Source: Octopus bimaculoides
Taxonomy: Eukaryota
Length of the DNA stretch: 64,000 nt
Reading direction: 5' to 3'
Assembly (NCBI RefSeq): GCF_001194135.2
Contig: NC_069000.1
Coordinates: 47,600,493 to 47,664,492, forward strand
The notes under the pieces are model-generated. The model made no database searches. It saw only the letters and a program-made list of their open reading frames with translations, and had not been told where the DNA came from. A program made the translations under genes and the position numbers. Shown here piece after piece: positions 12,001 through 25,286 of this stretch; position 1 is the stretch's first letter, and each line of letters starts with the position of its first letter.

Positions 12001-15000
12001 AAGACATCAGTAAAGAAGCTCTGTCACTTACATAGATGTAACCCACCCCTGTTGTAAGAGTTTCGACATATTGCTGCTTTTAAGACTACTTCATGTCGAA
12101 TATTTTAATGTCAGCAGGGATTTTTTGGCAGTATTTGAAAAAATGAAATTGAATTCTAAGATTGGAATATCTTTTGGTTATTTTGTCTGATTTAGAGGAC
12201 AGAAATTGACTTTGGAGAAAAAGAAAACTGTCAACACAAAAACTATGTTGGATGGACAAAAGATTGGCCTGGAGTTGAAATAAACTCCTTAAGATGTGTC
12301 TCTGTGAAAGATATTGATTCCAATGAGAATGTGTAATTTATCTTTTTTAGGACAGGAATCAGATGAAGTATACCCAGGCAGTTTTGATATTCTTAGTAAT
12401 GCTAACTGCGAGGAAATTCATGGTATGTCTGTCATAAGAGTATTGATAATAATATTGGCAACAGTACTACTACTACTACTACTACTACTACTAATAATAA
12501 TAATAATTACTAATAATAATAATGATCATCATCATCACCATCATTTAACATCTGCCTTCCATACTTGCATGGGTTGGACAGTTTGACAGGAGCTGGCCTG
12601 ATAGAAGACTGCACCAGACTTCTGTGTCTGTTTTGGCATGGTTTTTATGGCTGGATGCCCTCACTAACACCAACCATCCCGTAGAGTGGACTGAGTGCTT
12701 TTTATGTGGCACAAGCACAGGTGAAGTCAATTTTGGCATGGTTTTTACAGTTGGATGCCATCCCCTTTACAGTAAGGACTGGATGCTTTTTACATTGTAC
12801 CAGCACTGGCAGGGTCACCAAGTAACTTGCAAGGAAAAGATCCTTTGAGAGGGGAGGGGGTCATTGGAGGAGGGGATCTTGTGTCAGATGATGAAAGGTT
12901 GGAGTGTGACAGAGAGAGACAGAAATAAGTGTCTTCTGTAGAGGAGGTACATGGTTACCTAGTAAGAGAGAGAGTGTGCTCAACAATGAGGACAGAAACA
13001 GGTGTTCTGCTGTAAAGGAGGTACATGGTTACCCAGTCTCAGAGAAGAGCAACAGAAGGAGAGAGATGATAGTGAAGTGCCAGAGCATACTCACAAGGGA
13101 CAGGGATCAGAATATAAACGGGGATGGTAGAGAGTAAGGGAAGAGAGAGATAAATGGTGACAAGTGCCCTTGAGGTGTGGAGGTCGTAATGTAGTGGCAG
13201 GGCATTGCCAAAGCAGTATGAGTAAAAGACAGTGGTGTTTCAACCTGGTTGTGTCTCTTCAGTCAAAGCTACCCCTGGAACAATGACTCTAAACAGCATG
13301 AACCAAACCAATGACATGTATCTATTCAGTTTTAGAATCTTCCTGCAGAGTCAGAAATTGTTCACCAACAACAACTTCCAGAAAGTGTTTTTGTTCTCCA
13401 TATTAACGATGACTCTCTATGCCATTATAACATTAACAATAACAGTGACAACAGTAACCATGAATTGTTCCAGATACTGGTGCATGATCTGAAATTGTAG
13501 GGGAGGAGAACAGCCAGTTACACTCACCCCTCTACTACTTCACTTGTAAATATGTAACACAATTTTTGTCCTTGGGTTGCAACTGTTATTTCCTAGAAAG
13601 TATGAAAAATGGTTAATATTTCCTTCAAAGTTTGTTTTTGTTACATTATATTGAAACCCTAAAGAATCTGTCTCACTACATGGCTATGATGCTCCCTCCC
13701 TATTCCTGCTTATGATCAGAAATGCACATATTGTCAGCCACTAAAGGACATGCTCAAGGGATTTTGGTCAAACAAATGTATGGTATTGAGCACATTATTG
13801 GTTATATTGATGTGTCTGTTTCAGCAACATGGCACTGAATCTGTCTGAAATATAAAGGAAAATAGGTCAGGTTCAAAACAAAGCAAAGTTTGAAGGGAAC
13901 AGTAGTCGTTTCCTTTGATTTCTAGACAGAAGCAAATAGGAATTAATTCTTACTCACCACACTGTCAGTAATAACAATAAGAATCTTAATAATAATTTCT
14001 TTCATTGGCCACAAGAGCTCAACACATTGAGGACAATTCAAGGATGAAATACAACTCACAAAGATGTATTTAACCATTGAGTAAAAGAAAAAGAAAAAAA
14101 AAACAAGTGAAAAGCAAAAGATAAAACAAAATTTCAACAAGAAAAGATCCCCAGTATAAGAAGTGGTAAGTGAAGGTAATTTAGGGTTGGGGCTGGGGTA
14201 TTCCTCCACAAAGGTTTGGGTTACTCTAAGGCATTGAAAGTGCCCTCTATTAGTAACTTTTCTCCTAGGGCTATTCAACATCAGCAGTCTAGACACACTC
14301 ACCCACCTTCTTCTCTATCCTCACCTTCCTTTTAACGAAGTTGGTCATAGTTTGGCCACAGAAGAAAAAGTAAATACCAGTGATGTACTGGGGTTTGCCA
14401 TAATTCATTGATTTCTCCCACCAAAAATACATTTATTAGAAATCAATATGAAAATATGATATCAACTTAAGTCTCATGACCACAGCATTTTCTTTTGTTG
14501 TATTCCCAAGGCACTCGTATATATTTTGATGGGGCTATGGTTGCTATAGCAACAGCTTGACCTCCTCCAACATAAAACATTTAAACATTGCACCAAAAGC
14601 CAATCAAAACACATCAGTTTTGATGGTGCCACTGCTTTCAATGAGGAACCATGCCTCCCTGTGGCACCTGTTTACAAACAGAATGGGCTGATAAGAATCA
14701 GTTTTAAATTACAAAGAGATGAACAGCAGTGTTTGTGTCCTTGACTACTCCCCCTAGACTCAATATAAGAACAACAGCCAGCCTCAATGTTTCCAAGAAA
14801 ACCTGGAACAGACCTGGTTTGAATGTTGAGAACAGAATAGTATGAACTTCACTCAAGGCATTTAAGAAATAGTGGTGGTCCTTAAACCAGGGGATGTGAT
14901 ACACCTGGCATATTTTGTGCTTGTGATACTATATAATAACCCACTAACCTTAAAACTATATAACAAGCTTCCTTCTGCCTCTAACCATAACAGATGCTTG

Positions 15001-15596
15001 TAGACTTTATCAAAAATTCATTTTTCCTTCCTAGTCGGAATCGGCTGTGATTAAAACTGGATCAATTATTGTCTCCTCCTAACAGCTTTATCAGGGGCAT
15101 GCCTCAGAGTTCCTGCTGCTGAAATGTCCAACCTAGTTGGAAGTTCTCCAGTTGAAGAAAATGTTTCCGTGAAGGTATGTCAGTTATTTCATTGCAGCAT
15201 CTCTTGTTAAATGTTGTTCGATTAATTTTAACTGTTATTGTTGTTCTTCTTCTCTTCTTCCTCCACATAATTATTATTACTGAAGACATCACACAGTATC
15301 CATTATTGTGGTGATGTAGCTTGAAGATATTGTGTGTACTGGGGTGGGGTTGTGCTGTCTGTCAAGTCACAGCAAGGACCTCAGACAGGCAGTTCTTTAC
15401 GCAATATGCATGCAATTCCAACTTCAGCCAATTTTTGCAACACACCAGGATTGTAGGGTATTTCTTGAGGTTGGGTGGTATTGAACCCACTGCTCCAATG
15501 ACAACCGGAACAACCTTTATGTTTGACTCTTGCAGCTGCCACATCTTGGCAATCTCAATTTTCTGGTCTCCATATTTGTTGACCTTTTTTCTTCTT

Positions 15597-15642
<46 letters not shown>

Positions 15643-16362
15643 CCACCACCACCACCACCACCACCACCACCATCATCATCATCACCACCACCACCACCAC
15701 CACCACCACCATCATCAGCAAGGCAGTGAGCTGGTGGAATTGTTAGCATGGAAGGAAGTAATTTGCAAAGGAAGAAAAAAGAAAAAAATTGATGCTTATT
15801 ACACTGTAAATTACAAATGCTCTCCAGCATTCCTTAGTTAATTGTTAATTTAAATACCAGCAAAATCTTGGGGGTCACTACAACCAACAATTCTTTCTAT
15901 TGCTTTATTCACAGACTTACCTTTCCATTACGTGTATCTTTTACAATTCTCCGTTTCTTTTTTCCCTTCCTGCATTCACTTCACCTCTTCTAATGACATT
16001 GTCATCATTTCTACCTACAGCCTGGTTGGAAATGTAGCAAATGTACATACGACAACCTTCCTATGCGTCCTGGTTGTGAAATGTGCACTGAACCACGCCC
16101 TGTTGACTATGAGGTACCAGACAATTATTCTATGAGTTCTGTGGAGAAATACTGGAAAAAACAAGAGGAAGATGCAGAACAAGTCCAAAGAGAGGTACGG
16201 CTTTCTGTTTAACAAATTTCATCTTGTTGCCCTTGTATAAACATTACAGATTATATTTTAATTATATAAATTATTCTTTAATTAGTGTAAGAAAACCTAA
16301 ACTAGTGATACATTTATGAGTGGGTGTGTACTAGCACAAGCACACTATATTTTGGTAGTATG

Positions 16363-16417
<55 letters not shown>

Positions 16418-19400
16418 AACAGCATATTTTTTTAACTTGATCCCACAAAGGGGCAACTTGGGCCAGTGTTTCCTAATTAACCTCAGCTTCACCAATGCCT
16501 TGTTAGAGAAATTTGGTTGATTGAAAATCTGTAGAAGCCTACATATATATATATATATATATATATACAAAATTAGTGTACATTTAAACACAAAAAGAGG
16601 TGAGCCTTAACAGGTCGCCTTACATGCTAGAAGAAACAGTCAAAGGTGCAAACCACAGTTAAGAGCAATTTCGAAGGGAATGAAAAACATGCTCATGTTT
16701 TAATGTACTCACTGATGAGAACTTTGCCTTGCAAACTATTTTATTTGCTAATTAAAGTTCGAAACCTAAGGTCCAGCTGTAAAACATGCTAAATGTTTTT
16801 ATTTTTCATTCCCTTCAAAATTGCTCTCAACTGTGGTTTGCACCTTTGACTGTTCCTTCTAGCATGTAAGGTGACCTGCTAAGGCTCACCTCTTTTTGTG
16901 TTTAAATGTACACTAATTTTATATGAAAAATATATCTATTGACTTTGTATACATGCTAGGCCACTGGTAAAAAAATTTATATAATTTTTTCCTACCCTAT
17001 ATATATATATATATATATGATAATAATAATAATAATATTAGGGAATAAATTCCAAAACTTATAGGGAAAAATTCAATTTAGCAATACTAAATCATATTTC
17101 CCAATATAAAATATATGTATATAATTTAGAGAAAAACCACTATTAAATAATTCAATAAAGAAGAATGTAATTCATACCCTCCAGAAAATAAATATATCAT
17201 AAAAACCTTATTCAAAAAATCAATAAAATACATAAAAGAATAACTAGTAAATGGTATAAAATGACTACGCATGTTTTGTGGCTATATTTTCAAATTGATA
17301 ACTAATAAAACCAATTTAATTAATAATTCGATTAATAATCAAATCGATCTACAATTAAATCTATTCAAAAATATAGTCACTCGTGAGGTCTAAAATAAAA
17401 TAAAAATAATAATAAAAAAAATCAATGTATGTATCGTAACTTATACTAAATATCTAAAGAAAAATACTTGTTTTAACAATAAATAAATAAATAATCGAAA
17501 AACATGAGCGGCAGATGTTGAGTGCTCGACGTTCCAGATGGTTCATATAAGTGATGGCTAGTAGACCCGAGGGACTGGATCCCATGGGGAGACCTGTTGT
17601 CTGTTTGTATATATGGTCCTGGAAAGCGAAGTAGGTGTTGTCCATGATGATGGACAAAAGTTGATGTATATCAGCTGNNNNNNNNNNAAAGCGAAGTAGG
17701 TGTTGTCCATGATGATGGACAAAAGTTGATGTATATCAGCTGTGGTAAGTCCGAAGCATTGGATGTTGGAGGTTATTATGCAGTCAGTCAATAGGTTGAC
17801 CGCTGAGTGTGCTGGCACCGTTGTGTACATTGAGACAACGTCAAGACTAAAGGCGTATCTGTTCTGCCTGAGTTGGTCTTGGGGTAATTGGTGCAGTCTT
17901 TTGATGACTTCGTTGGAGTTCTTGACGTGTCCCGGAAAGGTGGAGAGTATGTGTTTCAGGATGTGAGAAAGTAACCAGGATATTTTATATAGAGGTCCTT
18001 CCACGCTGGAGACGATGGGTCTAATTTGGATCGTGTTGCAAAGACCTGTTGGGGCAAGTGAAATTGAAACTGAACCAAATTCGATGACTGGCACCTGTGC
18101 CAGTGGAGCACTAACAGCACCATCCGAGCAGGATCACTGCCAGAGCAGCTGTCTGGCTTCTGTGCCGGTGTCATGTAAAAAGCACCATTTGAGCGTGATT
18201 GTTACCAGTGTCGCCTTACTGGAACTTGTGCCGGTGGCACGTGAACAAAATATTTAAGTGAGGTCGTTGCCAGTGCCACTGGACAGACTCCTGTGCAGGT
18301 GGCACGTAATAAACACCATTTTGAGCGTGACCGTTGCCAGTACCGCCTGACTGGCCTTCGTGCCGGTGGCACGTAAAAGCACCCACTACACTCTCGGAAT
18401 GGTTGGCGTCAGGAAGGGCATCCAGCTGTAGAAACTCTGCCAGATCAGATTGGAGCCTGGTGCAGCCTTCTGGTTCACCAGTCATCAGTCAAATCGTCCA
18501 ACCCATGCTAGCATGGAAAGTGGATATTAAACGATGATGATGATGATGATGATGATGACAAACAAATATTAGTTCTTGCACTAACACAACTCCATTTTAT
18601 GTAGCTCTTTTTTTCTCTCTTTAAGCATTTCTACCCCTTTAATACTTGTTTACGTTATATTCCAGCAGCCCTTTATATACTATATCCTCTAGTTTAACTT
18701 CATTCTCATGTAGAAAATTTTTTTTTAAATATACACCACACTCAGTATTGTTTCAAACTGTCAACTCATATCCTAATTCAAATATACTTTTCCATTGGAC
18801 ATTTCTCTACAACTTTCTTTACATGGCTTATTTGGAGTTAGAAATACCTATCTCTTATTCTTCTGTAGAAGAAATGTCTCATAAAACCTTTTCCACTTAT
18901 ATTTTCAAATAACCCTGAGTTGCCTTAGTTTTTGTTTATACCTAACTAGTCTCACATTTCTTCTTTCTTTCTCATAAGGATAAATATGAATCTCCTTGAT
19001 TCTACTCTGCTATTAATTAAATTCATTTAATTTCTTTTCAACCATGAATTTGCATGATTTTAATATCGTTGTTCAAAACCAAAGAAATCTCCATTTTCCT
19101 CTTTTGTTATGCAATAAATCTGCAAATAATATTTCCATACTTCTCAGTCTTAATATCTAACCTACAGCAACAACTGTGGGTAACTTAATAATAGAATCAG
19201 CAGATGTCCTTCAAGAAGAAACAGCTGCGATTGACCCCTAACTACCTATATTTCTCTAAGTTGTAGAGAAATCCTTTTTTTTTTTTTTTTCCTTAACTAA
19301 TCATATTCTCTTTATGGCCAACTAGACTTGATACTTTGTTCTTTTACAAACTCTTTTCAACCATTTCTTATTGTCTTCATTTTTTGCTTTCATATTCAGC

Positions 19401-21353
19401 TTTGGTGTCATGTTTTTCATTTTTCTCATCTATTCGACTCTGGTTAATTCCTGTTAGTAAAATGTTTTCTCCAAGAGCTTATGCCACAATGTTTTATTTC
19501 TGCAGCCATCTCTGAAATCCCATCTCATCCCCATAAACTACCATTCCTTTTTTTCTCTCTCATTTCTTCTTTTCCCAATATTAATCTCTACTGGGAACTT
19601 AATCTGATATTTTCTCCTAGAGCGAAGATACTTTTGTCTTTTTAATTTTATATCCTCTTCCTTCCTCTTGCTGACAACAAAAGACAGCTGACAGTATCAT
19701 TAGGATATCAGGTAAAATGCTTAGCAGCATTTTGTCTGTCGGTAGGTTCTTGGTTCAAATTCCACCGAGGTTAGCTTTGCCTTTCATCCTTTAAGGGTCA
19801 ATAAAATAATAAGTATCAGTTAAGTACTGGGGCTGATGCAATCAGTTATGCCTCCCTGTCCAATTTCAGGCCTTGTGCCTATACTAGAAAGGATTATTAT
19901 TGTTATTATTATGAGAAAGTTTAAAGTGGTGAGCTAACAGAATTTTTAGAACATTGGGAAAGTTCTGAGTTCGAATTGTATCAAAGTCAGCTTTGCATTT
20001 CATCCTTTTAGGGTTGATAAAATAAAGAAGCAGCTAAGAACTGGCATTGATGCCACTGACTAACCCTCCTTGTGCCTCAATGAGAAACCATTTTTATGAA
20101 AAATATTTCTCCCTGTGTTTTAGTGAAATGTTTGTCCATGTGTTATAATTTCTCTTCCACTGCAGTTACAAATTTTTATAAGCATTAAAGACATTGAAAA
20201 TCATTTAAAAAAACAAAAACCCTACAGAAATGTGGAACAGGAACTCTTACATGGCTGCGAGTCTTATTGGATATCAAATACAGTGTGTGTGTGTGCACGC
20301 GTGCGTTAGTGACAGAAGCAACCTTTGCAACAAATAGGAATTTGCACTTCCAACTTAGTATATATGTGTGGTTTTGAAAACCATAAGCTGCAGTAATCAT
20401 CCTGAAAAATCATCTCATATAGACATTAAATGCTAAAAAGCATGGATTATATCAGATGACAAAATTTGACAGTACTGAAATGTGGTTTCAGCATGACATG
20501 TGCTTCATCCTCAGCAACAGGTACCCAGATTGAAAAGCCATCAAACCAATATCGTTGGCATCTATTAGGTTTTCCTTTTCAAATGCTTCACCAATCAACT
20601 GGGGTTTGCTGTTGTTTCCATCAGATTTTTTTTGCTGTATTACTGCTTCTGCTGTATCATTCTTCAAGAGTTCAGCCAAGATTTGGTCATATCCAGCAGC
20701 TTTGGTGTTCTTCAGTGTTTCCTTTAGCCATTCATCTTTGACCACATCAGTTCTTCACATCAGTATAAGCTGTCATCATGGAAGCATAGTGATGGGAACA
20801 GCAGAATTGGTAAAGCAGGAACCATGTTTCAATGTAGGTACTGAATCTAGGCAACAATAAAATGCATCAGAAGGTTCCTCTATACATGTCAATAGTCGTA
20901 CAGTTCTGTACTGCAGTGGAAGTTGGAAGATGTCAGTGAAGTGGCCAATGTGTTGAACGTATTCTACCAACGAGGCCTCCAGAAGATCCTCAAAGTTACC
21001 AGTGAGATAGAATTACAAAGAAATCATTCAGTGAAACGAATCCCAGATACTGTATAACATCTTGGTGCTGTGTCAATATTATCTGGAAGGTCACATTTGG
21101 CATCTCTGCCAGCCATTTAACATACAAATACTGGAAAGACATGGGCACCAGAAAAAGGAAACCGAGAGCAAAAGAGATGATCCAAGAACACTTTGTGCCA
21201 GATGCACTGGAAGCAGTTGGAAAGAAGAGGGAACAGAGAGAGGATTGTAACAGATTAATGGCACTGGATGAAGCTTGCTGGTTCTTGAGTCTCACAGGAT
21301 TGGAAAACATAAGTCTTGAGTAAGTAAGTCTCCCTCTGTCTATCTATAAGTAT

Positions 21354-21413
<60 letters not shown>

Positions 21414-24400
21414 ATGCAGATATAAATATACATACATGCACCTATAATAAATACATTATTACATATATTCATGTGCATATATGTACGTGTAAGTATCTAC
21501 AATCCCAACATTAAAGAGAAAATAAAGAAAATATCACAGATGCAATTCTTTTATGTTGAAACATTGTAGTTTGAATTTATTGTTAGTTGTATAATGGAAG
21601 ATTATTCCCCGTAAACCGTAAGTGTAAACACTTTTACTCCCTTCACTTGTATTCTATTAATGTGTTTACTCACTAACAAAGTAGTCAGTTCCAATTACTC
21701 TGGTGTGGCTCATTACTAATGAAAGTTGTACGATTTGACCAAGAGGATATACTGGTGAATGTGTGCAGAGAAAGTGCAGAAAAGTGAAACTTCACCAGAG
21801 ACGCATCTCTTGATGATGCAGCAAAAGACTGGAAATGCAGCAGGCAAAAATCTGGAAAAGGATTTCATTTCCCTGACAAACCCATAACACTCATTTGCCT
21901 CTGCAATGCTAAAAGAAATTGTCATTACATAAAGGATGGGAGGGACCGGGGAGGTGTGGCAAATCCCTTGTTGTGAGAGAAAATGGATTGTCATAGTAAC
22001 TGAATGCAACTTAAAAGGGTCAGGGTGATTGTCTGCAGGTAATAAGTAGATTGAATTATTTAATGCTGGGTCTACAGGCAGATGCTCTTCATAGGGGACA
22101 TCATTGTTATCAGTGTTTCGCTTTGTCGCACATCCTTAACCTTTTAGCATCCGTATATGTTCCACCAAATGTAATGCTTCTTATTTATTCACATTGTTTG
22201 GAATTAATCGTGTATTATCTTGTAACCTTGAGATTTCGACAAGGTGGCTGTTTATTTTCACAATAAAATTATGGAGTAGATGTGAGAGGCTGGATCTGAC
22301 CAGATTGAATATAAAACAAGTAGAATATTTTAATTGGACTTGGCTAGTGTATGTTGGTGGTGGTGGTGGTGGGGGGGGGGAGACACTAATCTGGGACTGA
22401 ATGAGACATAAAAACACCTGTGGCAGCAAAAATGAGCCAGTGAAGTGTTTTTTTTTTTTGTCTTGTTAACATTGAAACGTGTGATAAGATTTGTGATGGT
22501 ACCTAGCTGTTATCATCTCAGCTTCACAATCACTCACATCATGTTTGAAAGGGGAACAGCACTGTCCCTTTTCTGAGCCAAAATTCAAGCACTGTGCAAG
22601 TTTCTTTATCTTGTTTACTAATTTGTTTTTTTACTCTTTTTGTTCCTCTTTTTCTTTTACTGATTATTTTTGAATTTTTTTTTTTTTATAATTTTAGATT
22701 TACATTTGTTTGTTTATGTCGTGTATATTTATCCATGAGTTGGAACTGTGAGTTTTACAGTCAGAAGATGTCCTTGTTGTCAACCTTCACCTGTTTCTCA
22801 AGTGAAGCTCTTCCACTCTGTTGGTCTCTGAAAGTATAGAATGACAGAATTGATTGTCAAAAGGCAACGGAAACCTGGTGTCACTGTTTTACTTTGGCAG
22901 TTGTCCCATGAAGATGTAAAATAGCAACATCTACATGCACACACACACACACACACACTAAATAGTGGGCTTCTATACAATTTCCATCTACCAATTCCAC
23001 TGAAAAGTCATTGGTCAGCTTAAGGCTATCTTAGAAAACATTTGCTCAAGGGACCACATGGTAGGATTGAACCTAAACCCAACTGACCATGTTCCACTCT
23101 CCTATTTTTATTGTAACAGAATTAAGCAGTTGTTTACTGAATGTACATAGGTTCAAATTGTAGCTTTGTCTTCAAATTTTCATTTTTTTCACTCATTAAG
23201 TCCCAAACACTTAAAATATGCAAATGTGTTTTTTCTTATTAATTCTTTCTTAATCGACTATTGTTTATTATATATAATTACTTTTTTAGAATTACATATT
23301 TTTGTATATTTTCACTGTTTTGTTTTTCTAGATTTGTTTATTTGAACTTTAGATAATTTTATTTCCTTATAACTTAAACTGCCACAATTAAGCCAGTTTT
23401 AGTGTTTCATTAAGTCATCTTAAACTTACATATATTAACAATTACTTAAATGTGAAATTCGTAATTATTTTAATATTAGGTTAATTAACAGACAGTCCTA
23501 GTTTTAGATTAACTAACAGTTAGTCTTAATGTTAGATTCATTAAAACAAATCAACTCTGTTCCCATTTTAATCCAAATATTTCTGTTGTATTTCTCACAA
23601 CATAGGAGGATCACAACACTAATGCCAGGAGCGAGAATATGTAGAGACTAGACACAAGAAGAGGACAACAAATTTAACGAACAATAACCCTCCTCTAATT
23701 AAACACCAATGATAATGCCTCCTCTAATCAAACACCAACTGTATGGTCTTTTGTTTGGTCTTTTTTTTTTTTTATCATATTTGTCTTTTTTACATGGCTT
23801 CATTATTTTCACTGCACTGTAGTGTGACACCTCAGTTTAACACATACTCACAATATTTAAGAATTAGATATATATAATATATATATGGACAGCATTTACA
23901 GGTTCAGTAAGGAATAAAACAAACCAGTTTGTGATATTTTGTTCTGAACCTTTATAGAACTGGTTCAAATCTGGCCATAGTCCTAATTGCTTTCTTGGAT
24001 TCACCCTTTCTCCATTTGTCTTCATGAAGGTGTTCTCACAATGAAATATCAAAGAATGTCCAACCCATGCTAGCATGGAAAGCGGACGTTAAACGATGAT
24101 GATGATGATGTTTATATAGATATATATATATTACAAACTAAAAGCAGCTCTAGTAATATAAACATTATTGGTTGTACATATATTGCGTATGTGTTTTGCT
24201 TACGCACCAAATTTGCTGTGGGATAGAAATCTAGGGAAATCTTCTTAAACGATGCCAAATGTTAAAAAAACACAAGTACTCTTTAACACTTGGCATCATG
24301 CAAACGATAATGTTCATATTACATGTACACACATCCTCTTGTTTCTTATCTGCATAATATATATATATGCTCACACATGCAACATCATTATCATTTCACC

Positions 24401-24742
24401 AGTTCTTCAAATCTATTCAAATTAACTCTTCCTTTCGACAATTCAGGGAAACATGCCTTGCTTGTATTTTCTGTGACTGACTGTTATTTGTGTGTCCCCC
24501 AACCACTTCTTGGCAACACTAGAGAAATTGTTTGGATTCTGGCAAAATTAAGTTCTCTCATCTCTTTCCTTGTCTCCAAGCAATTTACACCATGGACTGG
24601 GTGCATTGAATAATGGCACCATAAACAGAGAGGTCTCTTGTGTCCATTCGTTTGTTCTCCAATACAAGCAGGTTATCTCATCGCCTTCAGGTGTTCATGA
24701 GTGAATGAAGGACGATCAGAGTGAAGTCTTGAAGAGTAGAAG

Positions 24743-24801
<59 letters not shown>

Positions 24802-25255
24802 TTGACTGCAACATGACAATTATTTGTAGGATGATTGACTAGAAACTACATGTGGTGTGGTGGGGAAGTGAGAATGAGAGAGAGAGAGAGTAACGAGAGA
24901 ATGAATGTATTGTTTAGTACTAAACATTTGGTGATGGGGAATGGGCGAATGCATGTGGCCAGATGTAGTGCTATCACTTATAGCAAGGCAATATGGTGGG
25001 AGAGATAGAGTAGGGAGGTACAGTGATAGGAGAAGAGTGGGTGGTAGATGGAAGAAGAAGAAGAGAGAGAGAAGAAAAATGTAGGGGAAATTAATAGAAA
25101 TGCAGTGATTGATGAAACATATCAATCATAATTTCCATGTTTTTCTATGCCTGCAAGGATTGAGCAAGTCTTTCCAATACACTTCATATCAACTGTCATA
25201 GTTTCGTTTTTGTCATATATATATATATGTGTGTGTGTGTGTGTATATATGTGTG

Positions 25256-25286
<31 letters not shown>

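Noticed and set aside
13349-13453. Exon-like open segment in phase with the RBCK1 linker
   Set aside because: Weak donors, and FVLHIND resembles a decayed LINE RT motif; not needed for the gene model.
12351-15174. MALT1 or caspase cleavage site in the UBL-NZF linker, as in human HOIL-1L
   Set aside because: No convincing L-x-S/P-R-G site in the predicted linker.
17624-17742. 55-bp direct duplication around a 10-N gap in the Penelope RT
   Set aside because: Identical sequence on both sides of a placeholder gap is a contig-overlap artefact; removing it restores one frame.
18110-18400. Repeated CACCATTTGAGCGTGA...GTGCCGGTGGCACGT units resembling a CRISPR array
   Set aside because: Internal tandem units of retroposon family C; irregular spacing, eukaryotic context, no cas genes.
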